Assembly: GCA_044226015.1 (NCBI GenBank)
Contig: JBGAHS010000003.1
Coordinates: forward strand, 224,001 to 288,000
DNA from: Candidatus Obscuribacteraceae bacterium
Lineage (GTDB): Bacteria; Cyanobacteriota; Vampirovibrionia; Obscuribacterales; Obscuribacteraceae
Direction: 5' to 3'
DNA: 64,000 nucleotides
A program made the translations under genes and the position numbers. Below, piece by piece: positions 21,181-31,478 of this stretch; the first letter of the stretch is position 1, and every line of letters starts with the position of its first letter. Below the pieces are notes generated by a model, which saw nothing but the letters and a program-made list of their open reading frames with translations, ran no database searches and was not told where the DNA came from.

Positions 21181-21213
21181 ACCAAAAACCCCCCTTTTGG
21201 GGAGGCTCCTGGT
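21181..21213 (-). terminator. Intrinsic terminator of pilin copy 1
   Basis: Minus-strand hairpin ACCAGGAGCCTCCCC-AAA-GGGGGGTTTTTGGT followed by a T run. Confidence 0.6.
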
Positions 21214-21237
21214 TGGCGTTGGCGGGGGAAAAACCGT

Positions 21238-21741
21238 TTAGCTGAAGAGGTTGGCGTCGCGGGCAGATGCAACCAACCAGTTGATACAACCTGGTGTTGC
21301 GAGACCGCCAGTTACACCGGCAGCGCCCCAGAGCACTCTCTTCATTGCATCTTGGGTGCCGGCAGCCATGTGCATGAAGCCCATGATCATTGTCGGACCG
21401 CCCCATGCGATGCCTAAAATTTCCATACCGTTTGCGATGATGTTCAGCAAAGCTTCTAAGTTTGCCAGGTTGTTAACACGGACGGTACCTGCAGTGTTAA
21501 CACCTTGAATAACGGTTGCATCGCCACCTTGTGGTCCAATCGTACCGTTTGTAGCACCTTGTAGCATAGGAGCTGCGGCAGCGCCACCTTGCTGTGTTTG
21601 AGAGCCAGTGTAGTTGCCGGTGTTTTGAGTTTGATTACCGGTTGCAGCAGTTGAATCGAACGCATCTTGTGCTAATGCTGGTCCTGCGAGTGCTGCCATA
21701 ATTCCGAACGAAAGAGCGACGCGAGTAATAGAATTACGCAT
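21238..21741 (-). CDS. VirB2/TrbC-like pilin, copy 1 (167 aa)
   Basis: GGAGG RBS; signal peptide PALA|QD; polar N-region; two hydrophobic helices joined by a TQDAMKR loop. Confidence 0.6.
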   Translation of the reverse strand: MRNSITRVALSFGIMAALAGPALAQDAFDSTAATGNQTQNTGNYTGSQTQQGGAAAAPMLQGATNGTIGPQGGDATVIQGVNTAGTVRVNNLANLEALLNIIANGMEILGIAWGGPTMIMGFMHMAAGTQDAMKRVLWGAAGVTGGLATPGCINWLVASARDANLFS

Positions 21742-22012
21742 GCGAATAACCTCCAGGAGTTCTCGTCATTTAGTTTTTTAGTAAGGTGATTTGAAAGAGT
21801 TGCAAGTGCAACCGCGTGATTAAAATTACGCGAGAAAAGAGGTGAAGTCAAGTACCTAATTTCAATTCAGCCGACATTTAATCTTGGAAACCCAAATAAA
21901 GGCACGCAAGCCAGACAGAGACTGAATAGTTTTGCCCGAGAAAGCTTCCGCTCGGAGAGTTTCGCCAGAGCTATCAGGATCTGATAAGTAGACATTGAAC
22001 GATAAGTTTCTA

Positions 22013-22054
22013 TACCTCTGGCTGAACACAAGTTACCTCTGGCTGAACACAAGT
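22013..22054. repeat. 21-bp tandem duplication
   Basis: TACCTCTGGCTGAACACAAGT x2. Confidence 0.9.
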
Positions 22055-22150
22055 TCCTCACAAAACGCGAGTACGATCTGATTTGAAAATTGTCTTTCCT
22101 ATTATGTGCAATGAGGACCAACGCACCAGCGACGCCTCATGGGGAACAAC

Positions 22151-22738
22151 ATGGCAAAAATTTTGATCGTCGAAGACGAAACAGACCTTGCTGCATGCTT
22201 ACAAAGCGCACTAGCAAAAGATCAACACATTGTAGAAATTATCGATAACGGCGAGGAAGCGGCGCGGCATCTTTCAACGTATGGATTTGATTTGATTATT
22301 CTCGACTGGATGCTACCTGGCATGAGCGGCATAGATGTATGCAAGCGATACCGAAAAAATGGTGGCGATGCACAAGTGATGATGCTGACAGCAAGGTCAC
22401 ATGTCGACGATCGAGCTGAAGGACTCGACGCCGGAGCCGATGATTACCTGGGAAAACCATTTCACATGAAAGAGTTCCTCGCTCGGGTCAGAGCAATGCT
22501 ACGACGCAGCAACCACACTCATTCGCATCTTCTCAAAATCGGTGATATTGTGATCGATACCAGTGCTTCTCACTTAGAATCTAACGACAAGAAAAGCAAA
22601 CTTCTCAGGAAAGAGCTGGACATTCTTGTATTCCTACTGAAGTATCCCGGGCGTTCCTTCACCGCAGAGGAGTTGCTCATGGTATTGTACTCGGTGCCTT
22701 TCTTTTGCCGCCTCATAGTTCTTAGAGCGAACCAATAA
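22151..22738 (+). pseudogene. OmpR-family response regulator truncated within the DNA-binding domain
   Basis: Intact receiver; similarity to 12547..13218 stops after FTAEELL (~22680); recognition helix and GxGY wing not found in any frame downstream. Confidence 0.7.
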
Positions 22739-22833
22739 TTTCCAGATCTTTGGTGATTTGAACATCGATCACACACTGATTTAACACTTCTCTGGCAAGA
22801 TGTAAAAGCGAGCCCTAAAATTCGGTTTATCTC

Positions 22834-23904
22834 ATGCGAGCTATATTCGTGCGCGCGTCTATATTGCTGTGCCTATTTTCCGCCGCCCTGGCGTCTCAAG
22901 CGATTGCCTACGAGGAGAGATATTTGCCGCTAACAAACAATGTGCTCAGCAAACGCTTTCGTCAGCAATTACTCATTGACCCTCTCGAAAAAGGTAACGC
23001 AGTGAGCTTTGAAAAAACAAAACTATCAATTTCGGAAACTGGCCGATTGAATTGTTACGGTACAGACCAATTGGGTAAGAAATGGTCACTCACTGCAGGA
23101 AGCTGGAACGGCTGCGCATCAGTCTGGACCGCAGACCTCGACAAAAACGGCAAGAATGATCTCATTATTGCGATGCGGACACCCAGCGACGGTTACGAGC
23201 CAGGAGCACAACTAATCTTCCTCATGTTTGAAAAAAATGGTCGACCGGCGCCCTGGGCAGTGAGTGGATTCTTCGATATAGACGAGCATGGGCTGAAAGA
23301 CCTTCTCGATGTTGATGGCGACGGACATGCAGAATTGCTGAAACAAAGTATTAATGACGGCTATTGGCTCACCACCGTATACGAGTCTTTCAACGCGAAA
23401 TGGAAAAAGCTGAACAACTTTAATGGCAACGACGTGCCGCTCTATACTCGCTACACCGAAGAGGAAAACAGAACCGCTATCAAACCGCCACCCTATCGCC
23501 ATCCTTACGAACCCGACTATTCAAATGATAAATCTAATTCAGCTTTCTCACGGGGAGTTTTTGCCAGCTCAATTGATTGGAAAAAAAAGAAAGACGACCC
23601 CGTCATGTACCTTTCAAACAACCAACGCGTACGGCTCGCAAAATGCAGCGCGTCTGCCTATGTAAGCATTGACGATGAAACTGGTAGACGTATTGCATTC
23701 TTTTCCGCACGCGAGGTGACGAACAAGTTCTTGAACGAAATAAGGTCTCGCCATATGAAGGTAATTATCAAAGGAAACTCGAAGGGCGAGCTATCGAGCG
23801 AGATCGCTGCAAATGAGATAGCAGCGAAATCAAGCAATTCAGAATCAAACAATTGCGGAACCCCGCTAGACATTGCTCTTTTGAACAGCACAGAATTGCC
23901 CTGA
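22834..23904 (+). CDS. Exported protein with FG-GAP/EF-like Ca-binding loops
   Basis: Signal peptide; ADLDKNGKNDLII and DVDGDGHAELL. Confidence 0.7.
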   Translation: MRAIFVRASILLCLFSAALASQAIAYEERYLPLTNNVLSKRFRQQLLIDPLEKGNAVSFEKTKLSISETGRLNCYGTDQLGKKWSLTAGSWNGCASVWTADLDKNGKNDLIIAMRTPSDGYEPGAQLIFLMFEKNGRPAPWAVSGFFDIDEHGLKDLLDVDGDGHAELLKQSINDGYWLTTVYESFNAKWKKLNNFNGNDVPLYTRYTEEENRTAIKPPPYRHPYEPDYSNDKSNSAFSRGVFASSIDWKKKKDDPVMYLSNNQRVRLAKCSASAYVSIDDETGRRIAFFSAREVTNKFLNEIRSRHMKVIIKGNSKGELSSEIAANEIAAKSSNSESNNCGTPLDIALLNSTELP

Positions 23905-23911
23905 GGCTCAT

Positions 23912-26900
23912 CTAGAAGCCACTCGCTCCAGTGGGCTTTTTACACGCGGGGAGATCACGCCCCGACTTTATAGCGTCCTGTAGTGCATATGCAAATGCAA
24001 GAAATTTCTTGTTCGTCTCTGATTTAGGGTTCAGCTCGACTGCACGCTTCGAAACAAGAACGAGTCCATCGGATGCAGCCTTGTTTCGCAAACCGAAAAA
24101 CAAGGACTGCCTGTAGTACCTGGAAGCCAACTTGAGACGGTCTTTCTCGCTGCTTGAGCCGGGCTCTGCATAATATCTACAAATATCTCCCATCATGTTG
24201 AGGCAATCTCGTGCAATTTTTGCATCATCGTCGCTTCCGCTGCGAGAGAGCAAATCTAGAGTTTTCGAGATTTGGGGAATAGCCGATTTGAGCAAACCCA
24301 ATTGTAAGTAAAACTTGACCAAACAAAATGACTCTGTTGCAGACAAATACATTTTATCGATGGTTAGTCTCTGCAGAAACTCTTCTGGGAAATCAAAAGA
24401 AAGCTGCGCGCTAAACGCAGCCGAGGCTCTCTGACTTTTGTCCACTTGATGCTGTTCCATTAACGCAAGCGCACGTTCAGCCTCTACAAGTGACTTCAAA
24501 TTGCTGGGGTCAACTGCGACGGACAGACCAAATTCATGAAGTGCTTTATCGTAATTGCGCTTGCTCAGAAAGAGCCCGCCATACTCCATATGGGCAGCAG
24601 ACAGATTCCTTCGCCAATTCTCATTAGTAGGACTCAGAGACAAAGCACGATTATGAAGCGGAATAGAATCTTTCCAGAAACCATTTGAGCCTAACAATAC
24701 TGCAAAGTCATTTGCCAGTTTTGACTCCTTTGAACTTTCTTCAGAGCGAGGATGTGCGCGCAAGTCTTCATCAAAGAAGAGCACCTCCTCCCCTTCTGGT
24801 TGAGATTTCGCAGCCAATTCGTTGGGCAAATCGAGTTGCGGCAGAGGAGGTAATACCACGGTGGTTTCGGGCTCCGCACTCAGCGAAATAGGATAGATCG
24901 ATGGGTCAATCAGACTCGTACTTATGCACGGAACATCAACCTGCTCGGCAGTATTGATGGCTTGGGAAACACTTGGTGTATTGGTCGAATCAAAACTAAA
25001 CTCGATATAGACTTCAGCAGGAGCCCCAGCAGGCAAAGGCTTGAACGAAGACTCTCTGACACTGGCAAGAGCGATTTGGTCATTGAATTCAAAACCAGAC
25101 GATTGGCTTAAGTGAGAATTCAACAACCTTCCACTTCGGTCTACAGCGAATTGAACCTTTGCAGGCTGGTCGGAAGCAAGAGCAGATCTCTTTCGCCATA
25201 GAGTCTTCAATGATGTTGTCAGCTCTTTCATGTATGGTCCGTAGTCAAGATCACCTGCTGCCACTTGAGCAGGGACTGAACCTTTGCCAACAGAGAAGAA
25301 AAACTTTTTCAAATCAAATCCCTCAATAAATTCAAACCGAGGAATGCCTGTTTCTGCAGGCTTATGTGCAGCCGCCCAAATTTTTACTTCAAGAACAGCA
25401 TAATGACTTTCAAGAGTTTCGTCTTTTCCGTTGACAAACCCGGACAAACTCGCTTTATTCTTGGTCGCAATTTCAGCATTCTCGCCCAGCGAAAATGACT
25501 CCCCAATAGCTTTTCTGGCCACTCGAAGCGCCTCTGATTTTTGTCCGCACTCATTCAAAATACGAACATAATCCACGATTACCGCTGACATAGGTTTGTT
25601 GTCCAGTTCGAATGCCATTTTTGCTAATTGAACCGCCTCGTCGGGACTTCCATCTACCAGTGCCGTTTTGGCCGCATCGACAAGTGCCCGCGCGTAAGCA
25701 TCCTTTCTAAAATCAAAATATTCCTGGTAGGTCTTGTTTTTTGCATCAAGCTGCCGAGCCTTTTTCGCCCACTCAAATTGGTCCTTATTAGAACCGCCGA
25801 CCATAGCCAATTCGAAGGCCCATTGCGCCGACGGATTCAAACCAAAAGCACTTCTAGCAAGGTCAAAAGAGCCCGGACGATTCTGCTTCCAAAAATCGGA
25901 TAGACGCTCTTCCGCTTGAAGGTTAATTGAATTTGCGGGTTTGCTGGAATCAATTTTCTTGATTTGCTCCAGATCTTGTTTAAGTAATTCATCTGTTGGG
26001 TTCGCTGACTCAGCAGCTTCCCCTACAGAAATCGCTTCATTTACTAAACCTCGCTTTAAGAGAGCACGGCTTTGCAGAAGCAGCTTGTATGACCGAATAC
26101 TCCTTTGCTTTTCAAGCAAATCAGCCAAAATGCGATTTGCATCGGAAGAAAGCGAGGGGTCAATCTTCGTAGCTTGCTGGCACATCGAAACTGCCGTTGG
26201 GATATCATCGAGAAAGACTCTTAGCTGAGCCTCTTGAAGCATCTCTCTTGCAGACGTAGGCATTCGCTCTAGCACCTGAGAAAAGAGCTCAGGGCTGTCT
26301 GGGAAGCGGCTATACCCATCAAGACTTGCGGCAACTGCCCCTTCGTAATCACCTTTTTTCAAATAGCATGAAATAATCTCTCGGCAAATATCAACATTCT
26401 GCGGGCGCACCAGATATAAATAATTCAACGCATGTTCAAACTCTTGAAATGATAAATACTTCTTGCCAATTTCATAGTTGATTTTGAAATCGCAAGGGTC
26501 GCCTTTCTCACGAGTCACAAACAATTCTCTTGCGCGCAAGAGTTGCTCGAGCGCTGTGCGCTCATCACCTTTTTGCTCTGCTTCTTTGCTGAGTTTTAAT
26601 CGCTCTGACGAAGATGAAGGATTAACACCCATCGAAGAAAGACATTTATCAATCTTCCCCCGAACCCTTTCATGAAGTGTTTTTCCCGAGCCATCGTCTA
26701 CCCAAGATGCGGAGAAACCCGCAGGTGGTAATGCGCGATAAAGCCATTTTAGAGCAATGGAAGCGTCATTTTGCACAAAGTTTCCGCCAATCTTTTCGCA
26801 TAGAGCGTATACCTGTTCTGAGTCTCTTCCCTTCAATTCCGAATAGATTTGCTCAGCCAGCCCCTCATTTCGAAGCAATGCAGCAGCTCTCAAGCCTGCC

Positions 26901-28411
26901 ACGCTTGGCACAGTATGGTCAAGCAAAATGGTATGAAAAACAAAAACCTCGTCACCCTCCACCGTGTCTGCAACGAATAGCTTTTGCGACTGTTTTGTGA
27001 GTGATTCGGCTCGTTCCACCCGATTTGTTTTACTCAAAATACTAGCGTAAAGATCCCAAATTTTCTTAGGAGAATAAGTATGCAACCCTGGTTCAATTTC
27101 AAGCTTGAACCCTTCTTCGCGTGCAAAAAGCCAATCATCAATCGGCTGATTTTGTAATGCGATTTTTTTATCGCTTACAATTTCATTCCACTTAGTTTCG
27201 CGCAATTCGTGCTCAGCCACTCGCTCATTTTTAGGCTCTCTACTGGCACAATTACAATCATCGTAATTTTTCCATGTCGGTATTGACTCATCAAAATCCA
27301 CAGAGTCAGGAAGCGCAAGAACCGCACTTGCAGGAATATGGGGCATCGTACAGGCTGGAACAGGAACATAACTTAAAGCGAGATCAATACAAGCGCGGTC
27401 ATCAAAAAGAGGCGTTTCAAACAATTTCTCAGCGATCTTGTTTGAAGAATATGCACCGGCTGCCAACTGATCTGATACATCAGGTTCAACGCCGAATAAT
27501 TGAATTGCTTTCGTACAGTCTTCTTCAGCCTGGCTATAATTTTCGCTTTCGAGTGAGCGTCGTGCCCGCTCATATAACAAACGAGTAGCAAAGAAAACGC
27601 TATCGGCAAGTTCTGTTTCCCTGCTATTTTTTATCAAAGCACAAGCTCTGTTCAATACGTCATCGAGCGATTTTTTTCCATCTTTTACGCGCACTGCTAA
27701 GATTGCTGCGTTCAGAAAACAGCGAAGCGACAGATTGCGAACTCCAGCGCTCCAATACTTTTCAGCAGCGAGAGCTGAGTACGAACCAGCTTCGGCGTGT
27801 TGCAAATTGCGTGATGAAATGAATGCTAGTAAAGCATGGCAATCAGCCTGAGCAAGATTCAAGCTATCGTTTTCAGAAGATGCCAATCCGCTAGTGCCTT
27901 GCAGTTCATTGAAATAACTGAGCGCCTTTCGTACCTCAGATGAAGCTGAGTCCAAGTCACCCACCTTGCAGTGTAGCAAGGCTAAGTCATAGCTTAGAGC
28001 AGCCAGATTCTTCTTAGAAATTTGAACATCCGATGCATCCTTCATCGCATTCTCGAGCAGCACAACAGCAAAGCATCGGTCATCTTGAGATGACATGGCC
28101 AGCCTGTGGATGCAGCCAAGCAACATACGACGTTCTCTGGGTAATTTTTGCAAACGACGGATTGCATTCTCTAATCGATTTATACAACCATCAGCCTCAG
28201 TTACTCCTACCTTGCGAATCCCCTCGTTCCAATTCCTTGCAGATACAAGTTCATCCTTTATTGCTTGAACTTCATCACCTGACCTGGACCTCAATGTTTG
28301 CGCAGAGTCGTAAGATTCGACTGAATTCGCTGCGAAACCAGGAACAGCAATCGACAACGATTGAGCCAGAAGTGCCAGGGAGATCAAAACTCGAGGAAAA
28401 AATTTCATCAC
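23912..28411 (-). CDS. Large exported TPR-repeat protein with TonB C-terminal domain
   Basis: Signal peptide; many TPR-like helices; DYGPYM..W..VQFAVDRSG..SSG..DQIAL..FKPLP..IEFSF TonB_C motif. Confidence 0.8.
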   Translation of the reverse strand: MMKFFPRVLISLALLAQSLSIAVPGFAANSVESYDSAQTLRSRSGDEVQAIKDELVSARNWNEGIRKVGVTEADGCINRLENAIRRLQKLPRERRMLLGCIHRLAMSSQDDRCFAVVLLENAMKDASDVQISKKNLAALSYDLALLHCKVGDLDSASSEVRKALSYFNELQGTSGLASSENDSLNLAQADCHALLAFISSRNLQHAEAGSYSALAAEKYWSAGVRNLSLRCFLNAAILAVRVKDGKKSLDDVLNRACALIKNSRETELADSVFFATRLLYERARRSLESENYSQAEEDCTKAIQLFGVEPDVSDQLAAGAYSSNKIAEKLFETPLFDDRACIDLALSYVPVPACTMPHIPASAVLALPDSVDFDESIPTWKNYDDCNCASREPKNERVAEHELRETKWNEIVSDKKIALQNQPIDDWLFAREEGFKLEIEPGLHTYSPKKIWDLYASILSKTNRVERAESLTKQSQKLFVADTVEGDEVFVFHTILLDHTVPSVAGLRAAALLRNEGLAEQIYSELKGRDSEQVYALCEKIGGNFVQNDASIALKWLYRALPPAGFSASWVDDGSGKTLHERVRGKIDKCLSSMGVNPSSSSERLKLSKEAEQKGDERTALEQLLRARELFVTREKGDPCDFKINYEIGKKYLSFQEFEHALNYLYLVRPQNVDICREIISCYLKKGDYEGAVAASLDGYSRFPDSPELFSQVLERMPTSAREMLQEAQLRVFLDDIPTAVSMCQQATKIDPSLSSDANRILADLLEKQRSIRSYKLLLQSRALLKRGLVNEAISVGEAAESANPTDELLKQDLEQIKKIDSSKPANSINLQAEERLSDFWKQNRPGSFDLARSAFGLNPSAQWAFELAMVGGSNKDQFEWAKKARQLDAKNKTYQEYFDFRKDAYARALVDAAKTALVDGSPDEAVQLAKMAFELDNKPMSAVIVDYVRILNECGQKSEALRVARKAIGESFSLGENAEIATKNKASLSGFVNGKDETLESHYAVLEVKIWAAAHKPAETGIPRFEFIEGFDLKKFFFSVGKGSVPAQVAAGDLDYGPYMKELTTSLKTLWRKRSALASDQPAKVQFAVDRSGRLLNSHLSQSSGFEFNDQIALASVRESSFKPLPAGAPAEVYIEFSFDSTNTPSVSQAINTAEQVDVPCISTSLIDPSIYPISLSAEPETTVVLPPLPQLDLPNELAAKSQPEGEEVLFFDEDLRAHPRSEESSKESKLANDFAVLLGSNGFWKDSIPLHNRALSLSPTNENWRRNLSAAHMEYGGLFLSKRNYDKALHEFGLSVAVDPSNLKSLVEAERALALMEQHQVDKSQRASAAFSAQLSFDFPEEFLQRLTIDKMYLSATESFCLVKFYLQLGLLKSAIPQISKTLDLLSRSGSDDDAKIARDCLNMMGDICRYYAEPGSSSEKDRLKLASRYYRQSLFFGLRNKAASDGLVLVSKRAVELNPKSETNKKFLAFAYALQDAIKSGRDLPACKKPTGASGF

Positions 28412-28485
28412 GAAATTTTAGCAAGAATGGAAATGTGAGACAATTAGCGTCTGCAAGGAATTAGGTTGACATTCGGAGAAGCATA

Positions 28486-29457
28486 GTGCCTGAACATAAA
28501 ATTCTGTACCTGAGTCGAGCTGATATCGAGACAGTCAATCTAGGCATGAAAGAAATTATTGATGCGCTAGAGACGGCTTTCAAAGAACACGGTGAAAGAC
28601 GTGTTGAAATGCCGCCAAAGCCCGGAATTCACACCAAGCCAGATGCTTTTATTCACGCAATGCCAGCTTATATTCCCGCCCTGAAGTCTGCGGGAGTGAA
28701 GTGGGTTTCAGGATATCCAGAGAATCAACAAAAGGGGCTTCCCTACATTAGCGGTCTACTGGTTTTGAACGATACTGAAACCGGATTACCGCTATCGATA
28801 ATGGACTGCACTTGGATTACCGCAAAGCGAACGGGTGCCGCAACGGCTCTTTCCGCAAAATATCTGGCACGCAAAAACTCTGAAAGCGTAGGAATTCTCG
28901 GGTGCGGCGTTCAGGGACACAGCAATCTTGAGGCTTTGAAAGTTCTGTTTCCACTAAAGCGAATGGTTGCTTACGACCGATCAACTGAAGTGGCAGAGAG
29001 ACTCTGCAAATACGCAGAGAGCTTAGGTATAGAAGGAACGGTAGCTTCAACGCCGAAACAAGCCGTCGAAGGGCTCGACATGATTGTCACCGCTGGACCC
29101 ATTCTGAGAAATCCTCACGCCACTATACAGAGAGACTGGATGGCTGAAGGCGCGTTTGCTTCTTTAGTAGACTTCGACTCATACTGGGCACCAGATGCGA
29201 TGGCACAATCGGCAAAATTCACGACCGATGACATACCTCAACTAGAGCACTACCGAAACATTGGTTACTTCAAGAAAATCCCCCAATTGTATGGAACACT
29301 CGGTGATATGGTCGCAGGAACTAAGCCAGGCAGAGAAAATGACAGTGAGCGAAATTTTGCCTGTAATCTTGGACTCGCAATCGATGACATGGCAACGGCC
29401 CCACTGGTCTATCAACTTGCAATCGAGAAAAAAATTGGGACATGGTTAGACGCTTAG
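28486..29457 (+). CDS. Ornithine cyclodeaminase/mu-crystallin family protein
   Basis: HAMPAY, VKWVS.YP.N, TAKRTGA, GCGVQG, GLAIDD. Confidence 0.92.
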   Translation: MPEHKILYLSRADIETVNLGMKEIIDALETAFKEHGERRVEMPPKPGIHTKPDAFIHAMPAYIPALKSAGVKWVSGYPENQQKGLPYISGLLVLNDTETGLPLSIMDCTWITAKRTGAATALSAKYLARKNSESVGILGCGVQGHSNLEALKVLFPLKRMVAYDRSTEVAERLCKYAESLGIEGTVASTPKQAVEGLDMIVTAGPILRNPHATIQRDWMAEGAFASLVDFDSYWAPDAMAQSAKFTTDDIPQLEHYRNIGYFKKIPQLYGTLGDMVAGTKPGRENDSERNFACNLGLAIDDMATAPLVYQLAIEKKIGTWLDA

Positions 29458-29589
29458 AAATCCGGTAACTAAATTGAAAGGTTACTACCTTATTCGTAGA
29501 CCCAGGCAATCTTGCCGCAAAGAAACTATTAGAACAATTTCTTGCAGAAAAAGACAAAAGCGAAAACACTCAAAAGACTAAATAGCAGA

Positions 29590-29616
29590 GTAAGGGGGCA
29601 CACCCTGCCCCCTTAC
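29590..29616. terminator. Hairpin downstream of pilin copy 2 (convergent with the cyclodeaminase gene)
   Basis: GTAAGGGGGCA-caccc-TGCCCCCTTAC, 11-bp stem. Confidence 0.7.
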
Positions 29617-29647
29617 CTGTGACTACCTGACAAACTTTGTTGAGGAA

Positions 29648-30151
29648 TTAAGAGAACAAATTAGCGTCTCGTGCCGATGCTACCAACCAGTTGATGCAGC
29701 CAGGTGTTGCTAGCCCGCCAGTTACACCCGCACAGCCCCAGAGAACGCGTTTCATAGCATCCTGAGTTCCAGCAGCCATATGCATGAAGCCCATAATCAT
29801 TGTTGGTCCGCCCCAGGCAATGCCTAATATTTCCATTCCATTTGCAATGATGTTGAGCAATGCTTCGAGGTTGGCAAGGTTATTTACACGCACAGTACCT
29901 GCAGTATTAATGCCCTGAATAACAGTTGCATCATTGCCTTGCGGTCCTATGGTTCCAAAATTAGCGCCCTGCAACATCGGCGCCGAAGCGTAGCCCCCTT
30001 GCATTGTCTGCGAACCAGTGTAGAAGCCAGTGTTATTGGTTTGATTTCCCGTCGCTGCAGTCGAGTCAAATGCGTCTTGTGCTAATGCTGGACCAGCAAG
30101 GGAAAGCACAACTGCCGAAGCCATAGTAAGTTTAGCGATATTCTTGATCAT
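29648..30151 (-). CDS. VirB2/TrbC-like pilin, copy 2 (167 aa)
   Basis: Near-identical protein to copy 1 with heavily different synonymous codons. Confidence 0.6.
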   Translation of the reverse strand: MIKNIAKLTMASAVVLSLAGPALAQDAFDSTAATGNQTNNTGFYTGSQTMQGGYASAPMLQGANFGTIGPQGNDATVIQGINTAGTVRVNNLANLEALLNIIANGMEILGIAWGGPTMIMGFMHMAAGTQDAMKRVLWGCAGVTGGLATPGCINWLVASARDANLFS

Positions 30152-30340
30152 GATAGTGTTCTCTTAGTAAGTGGAAGTTAGTAAGATGCATTCAGTCAAA
30201 CGAACATCAGGTTCGTTTCCTTGATTGCCGGAGTTAGAATCGTCTGCGCTGCTGAATTTTGCGCTTCATGATTTAAGTTTACGATTTGACCTTGCCGAGT
30301 AAAAGTACCAAAAGTAATGAGCAAGTAATGCTTTAGCTGC

Positions 30341-30775
30341 ATGACCAAAAGCATCCCCGTGACACATCAACAATTAGCAAACCGAATAGCACAAAACAAA
30401 GCAGAACACCCAGATTTGTCAGCTTTGACTGACAATCCGAGTGTTCTGATGCAACATGACCTCAGTAATGGTTGGGCGCATCTATTCGGCGTGACTAGCA
30501 TGCACCGCAGCCAAGCTGAGCTATCATGTACGCTTCCATGGGGACTCTTCCTCACGCTCGTCTATGTACTCTTCGAGCTGTTTCCGAAAGAAACCGTTGA
30601 TGCTCTCAAGATAGGTTGGTTGACGCATGATATCGTAACCCGCGTAATTTCGGAGCCAATAATCCAACGAATTGTGTTCGTCCCGGTTTTGCTCTTTATT
30701 CAATACATGAACATGCATTTTGTCCAGCAGATCAACCGAACGATGCTCATGGCGGCAGTGCTGCCAATGCTCTAG
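30341..30775 (+). CDS. Hypothetical membrane protein
   Basis: 144-aa ORF with two hydrophobic segments. Confidence 0.45.
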   Translation: MTKSIPVTHQQLANRIAQNKAEHPDLSALTDNPSVLMQHDLSNGWAHLFGVTSMHRSQAELSCTLPWGLFLTLVYVLFELFPKETVDALKIGWLTHDIVTRVISEPIIQRIVFVPVLLFIQYMNMHFVQQINRTMLMAAVLPML

Positions 30776-31213
30776 CCTTTGATTGTTGATGTTAATGCAC
30801 ATGATAATCACCTACCTTCGTAAGTTGAATTCAGGCAAGAGCATCTTGCGGGAGCTCTCGTCACGCCTCTTCACTCACTCATCTTTTATTTAGTTCCCTT
30901 ACATTTCCATCATCGCGAAATTGACAAAAACCAACATCAATCCGCTGATGTAATTTCCCCCCTCGATCCAGTGAAACAGACATCCCCTTTCCGAGGGATG
31001 TCGACAAAAATGGCTTAGTTTCAAGCTTTGGAGGAAGCAAGAAATGTCGACGATCTGAACGATCGAGCTTTTTGTCAGCACATTCGGGGGGGGCCGCGTG
31101 TGTATGGTGTGCAACGAGTACGTGTTTGGAGAATTGCTCTTTGACTCAATGCATGAAGACAACAAAGTGGCGAGCCCAAGGGCTCACCACTTTGTCGGTC
31201 CATCAACACCGCT

Positions 31214-31363
31214 TTACACGGTCGTCGGTCTGCCGGTGAGAAGATCAAATACAAAGATAGCCAGTGCTAGTACGAGCAGAGCATGGATAAACCCACCGCC
31301 AATATGTGCCACAAAGCCAATTAACCAGAACGCTACGAGCAGTGAAATCAATGTGTAAAGCAT
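31214..31363 (-). CDS. lmo0937-family small membrane protein (49 aa; not in the ORF track)
   Basis: Translated by hand: MLYTLISLLVAFWLIGFVAHIGGGFIHALLVLALAIFVFDLLTGRPTTV; GAGG RBS; WLxG..GGxIHxLLVxA motif. Confidence 0.85.
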   Translation of the reverse strand: MLYTLISLLVAFWLIGFVAHIGGGFIHALLVLALAIFVFDLLTGRPTTV

Positions 31364-31478
31364 GATGTTGTTCCTCTTATCAGTTATCAAATCTTTGATG
31401 AGTTATTAGATTCACGAGAGAGAAGCAAGTTCCAAAACACATACTTTGGACAACAAACTATATCGAGAGCAATGCAGC

